From an uncultured Candidatus Rokubacteria bacterium (GTDB lineage Bacteria; Methylomirabilota; Methylomirabilia; Rokubacteriales; CSP1-6), in contig CAVWWD010000008.1 of the NCBI GenBank assembly GCA_963758635.1, forward strand, positions 896,001-960,000: DNA of 64,000 nucleotides. The letters are read 5' to 3'. Within the stretch, counting starts at the first letter, position 1. Every line of letters starts with the position of its first letter. Shown here one piece after another: positions 61,143 to 64,000 of the stretch. A model generated the notes under the pieces. The model did not search any database. It worked only from the letters and a program-made list of their open reading frames with translations, and had not been told where the DNA came from. Position numbers and translations under genes: made by a program.

Positions 61143-62084
61143 CTAGCGGCCCAGCAGCCAGTCGCCCAGGGCGTCCCGCGCCTCCGGGCTGAGGCCCGCG
61201 CTGCCGGCCATGCGCGCCGCCTCGTCGCGGGAGGTCCCGCCGGGGTCGGGCGGGGGGACGTGGGGGGCGCGGGTGGCCGGGTCGAACACCCAGGCCCACA
61301 GGCGCTGGAAGACCACGTCGGCGCTGGCCGCTTGCCCCTCCTGGCCCAGACGCGCGATCAGCCGTACCATGCCGCCGGCCAGATCACGCAGGGGATGGGT
61401 CTGCGCGGGGTCGGGCGCGCCCATGTAGTGGGCGACGACGTTCCGGCGCTCCATGGCGGGCGCCGCGTCGTTGCCGAGGTACCCGCCCATCGCGCGCATC
61501 ACTTCCGGATCGCGGAAGATGCCGCGGTCCTGCTGCACGGCGAGCCGGAAGAAGACGATGCCCGGCGGAGGGGCCTGCGCGATCATGGCGGCCACCCGCG
61601 GCGCCTCCACGCGCAGGTCGGGGCCGAGCGTGGCGGCGAAGCGCCGCACACCCTGCCAGATCTCCGCCGACCGCGGCCCGCCGCCCAGGAACTCGATCTG
61701 GTCCGCCGGCCCCGCGCGGTTCGCGTCCAGCGCCAGCACGAGCTCCTCGCCGACCCGCGTTGGCAGCCAGTCCTGGAGCCCGAGCGCGCCGGCCTCCCGT
61801 CCCTCGCCGCGCGCGCCCGTGATCACGAACGAGCGCGGTTCACCGGGGGAAGGATCTCCCGCGCCTCGAGGGTGACCTGGTAGGGGACGACGAAGATGCC
61901 GGGCACGTGCGACTCGCGGCGCGCCGGCGTCTGGACGACGGAGGTGGCCACGAACCATCCGACGTGGGGACGGCCGGCGAAGATCGGCCGCGATCCGAGG
62001 GCCGGACGTCGCCGGTCCGGGCTCAGCGTGATCCGTCATCGCCAGCACTCCTGTGAGGACGACCAGAGCCACGGCCGCGCGCAT
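61143..62084 (-). CDS. secreted hypothetical protein; probable internal compensating frameshifts
   Basis: GAGGAG RBS; signal-like MRAAVALVVLTGVLAMT; no recognisable motif. Confidence 0.6.
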   Translation of the reverse strand: MRAAVALVVLTGVLAMTDHAEPGPATSGPRIAADLRRPSPRRMVRGHLRRPDAGAPRVARARHLRRPLPGHPRGAGDPSPGEPRSFVITGARGEGREAGALGLQDWLPTRVGEELVLALDANRAGPADQIEFLGGGPRSAEIWQGVRRFAATLGPDLRVEAPRVAAMIAQAPPPGIVFFRLAVQQDRGIFRDPEVMRAMGGYLGNDAAPAMERRNVVAHYMGAPDPAQTHPLRDLAGGMVRLIARLGQEGQAASADVVFQRLWAWVFDPATRAPHVPPPDPGGTSRDEAARMAGSAGLSPEARDALGDWLLGR

Positions 62085-62102
62085 GCTCGCTCCTCGTCAC
62101 CG

Positions 62103-62200
62103 GAGCTGCGAAGAAATGCGGGTGTCGACTTCGCCGAGCGGGCAAGCATCGCGATTCTGCGTACACACGCTGAGCCGTCTCGCCATTCCTTCAGAAACTC
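62103..62200 (-). mobile_element. MITE-like element, family D, copy 3
   Basis: GAGTTTCTGAAGGAATGGCGAG..GTGTACGCAGAATCGCG..GGCGAAGTCG..CATTTCTTCGCAGCTC; imperfect 16-17 bp terminal inverted repeats. Confidence 0.75.
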
Positions 62201-64000
62201 ACTGCGCATCGATGCCCCGCGAGGAGCGTGGTGGCGGCCGGACCTCCATGGCCTGGATCACCGGTGTCGTTCCCGGGCTGTGGTCGACGTTGGTCGCCGT
62301 GATGGTCCCGGCGGCGCCGGTCGACTGCAGCACGAAGTTCGGCCCGACCCGCGCCACGTTGAACGTCGCGCTGACCGTCCACTGCGTCTCCGCGATGACC
62401 GTGAAGGTGCGGAAGCCCACCGAGTTCGCACGGTGGGCGTGGGCGGCGCGCCGCCCGTGGTGTTGGTCCAGGCCACCACGAAGGTCGTGGAGCTCCAGGT
62501 CGTGGACGAACGACTGGAGCTGCGTGGCCCGGCCGGGTCCGGATGGTTCCGGTCGTGGAACCAGCCGGGGCTGTCCCGGGCGATGAGCGTGCGCTTGACA
62601 CCGATGGCCTGGCGGCAGGGTGGCCGTGACCTGGGAGCGGGAGAACGTGATGTTCTCCCCGCCGAGGTCGGGATTCGTCCGCCCCGTGTCGAGCAGCGAC
62701 GGCGGAAACGCGATGAGGTTCGGGGCGGCGTCGGTCGCCACGAAGACCGGGATGCCCTGGACCACGGGCCCGGTGGCCGCGCCGAGGTTGTCGACCTGGC
62801 GCCGCCGGGCCACCGAGCCGTCGGCGTAGGTGCCCGCGTAGTTGAACTGCGTGAAGTTGTTGGCCCAGCCGAGTGAACACCCGGTCGACCCCGCGCAGGC
62901 CGTCGGCGCCGCCCCCCACGAGGAGCACGTCGGCATCGAGGGCCACGCCCGCCGTGGCCTGGGAGGCGAAGTCCCCGTGCCGATGCTGACGAAGTTGAAG
63001 TTGGGCTGGCTCTGGCCCCCGGTGTCGAACGTGATGCTGAGGTTGCCCGGGTTGGCCACGCTGCGCAGCTCGGTGGCCGCGTTGGCGATGCTGCCCTCCA
63101 CCATGGCCACGGGCAGGATGATGCCGGGCTCGTCGTCGTCGCGCGTGGTGTTGCCGTTGAGGTCCACGAAGGCGAGCACGAAGAACGACCCGCGATCGTT
63201 GGGCATGAGCGTCGCGGTGTTCGGGCCCGTGGCGGCGAGGAGCGGGATGCCCGTGCCCACCGCCTGCGCGTCGTCGGTGGCGCGCTTGATCTCCCACGCG
63301 ATCTGCGCGCCCGGGGGGACCGTCTCGGCCTCGAGCCGGATCGGCCCTTCGCCGTTGCGCATCACGACGAGCGCGCTCGGCATCGCGAAGTCGGCCGGGG
63401 CGAAGGCCAGCGGGCCGACGGGTAGCGCCTTGGCGGACTCGAAGGTCAGGTCCACGGGGTTCGGCCAGGCGTTGGCCACCGCGGCCGGGGCGGCGCGCAG
63501 CGTGTTGGGCGGCGTGGACGGCAGCGTGGCCTTGATCTTCACGATCTGGGCCACCGGCGGCGTCGGCTTCTCGCACGGCGAGCCGGTGGTGAGCCGGTGA
63601 TAGAAGCGGCAGGCGAAGGTGTCCTGGGTGGCCTCGAAGGTGCGCGGCTCCGCGGGCAGGCGCGGGTGCGCCGCTGCTCGCCGTCGGACCAGAAGCGCTT
63701 GAGGCAGCCCGCCACGCCTTCCCGCGCGCGCGGACACGGCCAGCGGGCCGGCTCGACCTTGGTGCCCCGGCGGAAGAGGAGCACCATCACCCGGCGGTTC
63801 GGCGCGTTCTCGGCGTTCCGCTCGGTCTTGTCCGCGGCGGCGTCGAAGCGCTGCTGGTCCTGCTGCGAGAAGAGCAGGAGCGGGTTGAACTCGCTGCACC
63901 CCTGGAAGTCGCCCTTGCCGCCGCTGTCGGCGCCCCGGGCGAGGAAGTCCGTCTTCTGGAGCTTCAGCTCGGGGCCGCACAGCTTGTCCATGTAGCGAGA
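62199..64000 (-). CDS. large protein with an OmpA-like (NRRV) region and an unrecognised beta-rich C-terminal domain; 5'-partial, several frameshifts
   Basis: QGCSEFNP..RNAENAPNRRVMVLLFR, WPCP..GCLKRFWSDG, TFACRFYHRL, DLNGNTTRDDDEP. Confidence 0.65.
   Translation of the reverse strand, partial: SLHGQAVRPRAEAPEDGLPRPGRRQRRQGRLPGVQRVQPAPALLAAGPAALRRRRGQDRAERRERAEPPGDGAPLPPGHQGRAGPLAVSARAGRRGGLPQALLVRRRAAAHPRLPAEPRTFEATQDTFACRFYHRLTTGSPCEKPTPPVAQIVKIKATLPSTPPNTLRAAPAAVANAWPNPVDLTFESAKALPVGPLAFAPADFAMPSALVVMRNGEGPIRLEAETVPPGAQIAWEIKRATDDAQAVGTGIPLLAATGPNTATLMPNDRGSFFVLAFVDLNGNTTRDDDEPGIILPVAMVEGSIANAATELRSVANPGNLSITFDTGGQSQPNFNFVSIGTGTSPPRPRRAWPSMPTCSSWGAAPTACAGSTGCSLGWANNFTQFNYAGTYADGSVARRRQVDNLGAATGPVVQGIPVFVATDAAPNLIAFPPSLLDTGRTNPDLGGENITFSRSQVTATLPPGHRCQAHAHRPGQPRLVPRPEPSGPGRATQLQSFVHDLELHDLRGGLDQHHGRRAAHAHRANSVGFRTFTVIAETQWTVSATFNVARVGPNFVLQSTGAAGTITATNVDHSPGTTPVIQAMEVRPPPRSSRGIDAQ

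Noticed and set aside
1..64000. rRNA, tRNA, transposase, integrase or prophage genes
   Set aside because: None was recognisable by eye; tRNAscan and Rfam were not run

Overview
A very GC-rich, gene-dense bacterial window. The gene mix resembles soil Ca. Rokubacteria/Methylomirabilota genomes, but that is an inference. It is dominated by catabolic and redox genes: five LLM flavin oxidoreductases, three D-2-hydroxyacid dehydrogenases, two orphan xanthine-dehydrogenase-family Mo large subunits, a thiolase with an OB-fold partner, an Xsc-like TPP enzyme, SBP56/methanethiol oxidase, an HpaB-like monooxygenase, a CoA transferase, FAH and two amidohydrolases. It also holds recQ, an RND efflux pair, an Fe3+-type ABC transporter and ahpC. 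Over a dozen genes have single-base frameshifts, most likely long-read assembly indels. I found no rRNA, tRNA, CRISPR or transposase. Points of interest: (1) an A/T-richer island at 28.2-30.2 kb where a Rickettsia-PKMT-like protein methyltransferase lies downstream of two paralogous copies of a small Gln/Ala/Thr-rich protein that aligns by eye with the Reb (R-body) family; (2) an integrase-less array of three attC-like sites with matching core sites, carrying a toxin-antitoxin cassette whose toxin is crippled (47.2-48.8 kb); (3) a stand-alone DUF4071/TPR-S conflict-type protein; (4) at least five small dispersed repeat families (REP/MITE-like) and several phased tandem arrays in promoter regions; (5) the start of an OmpA-motif, polymorphic-effector-like gene pair at the right edge.
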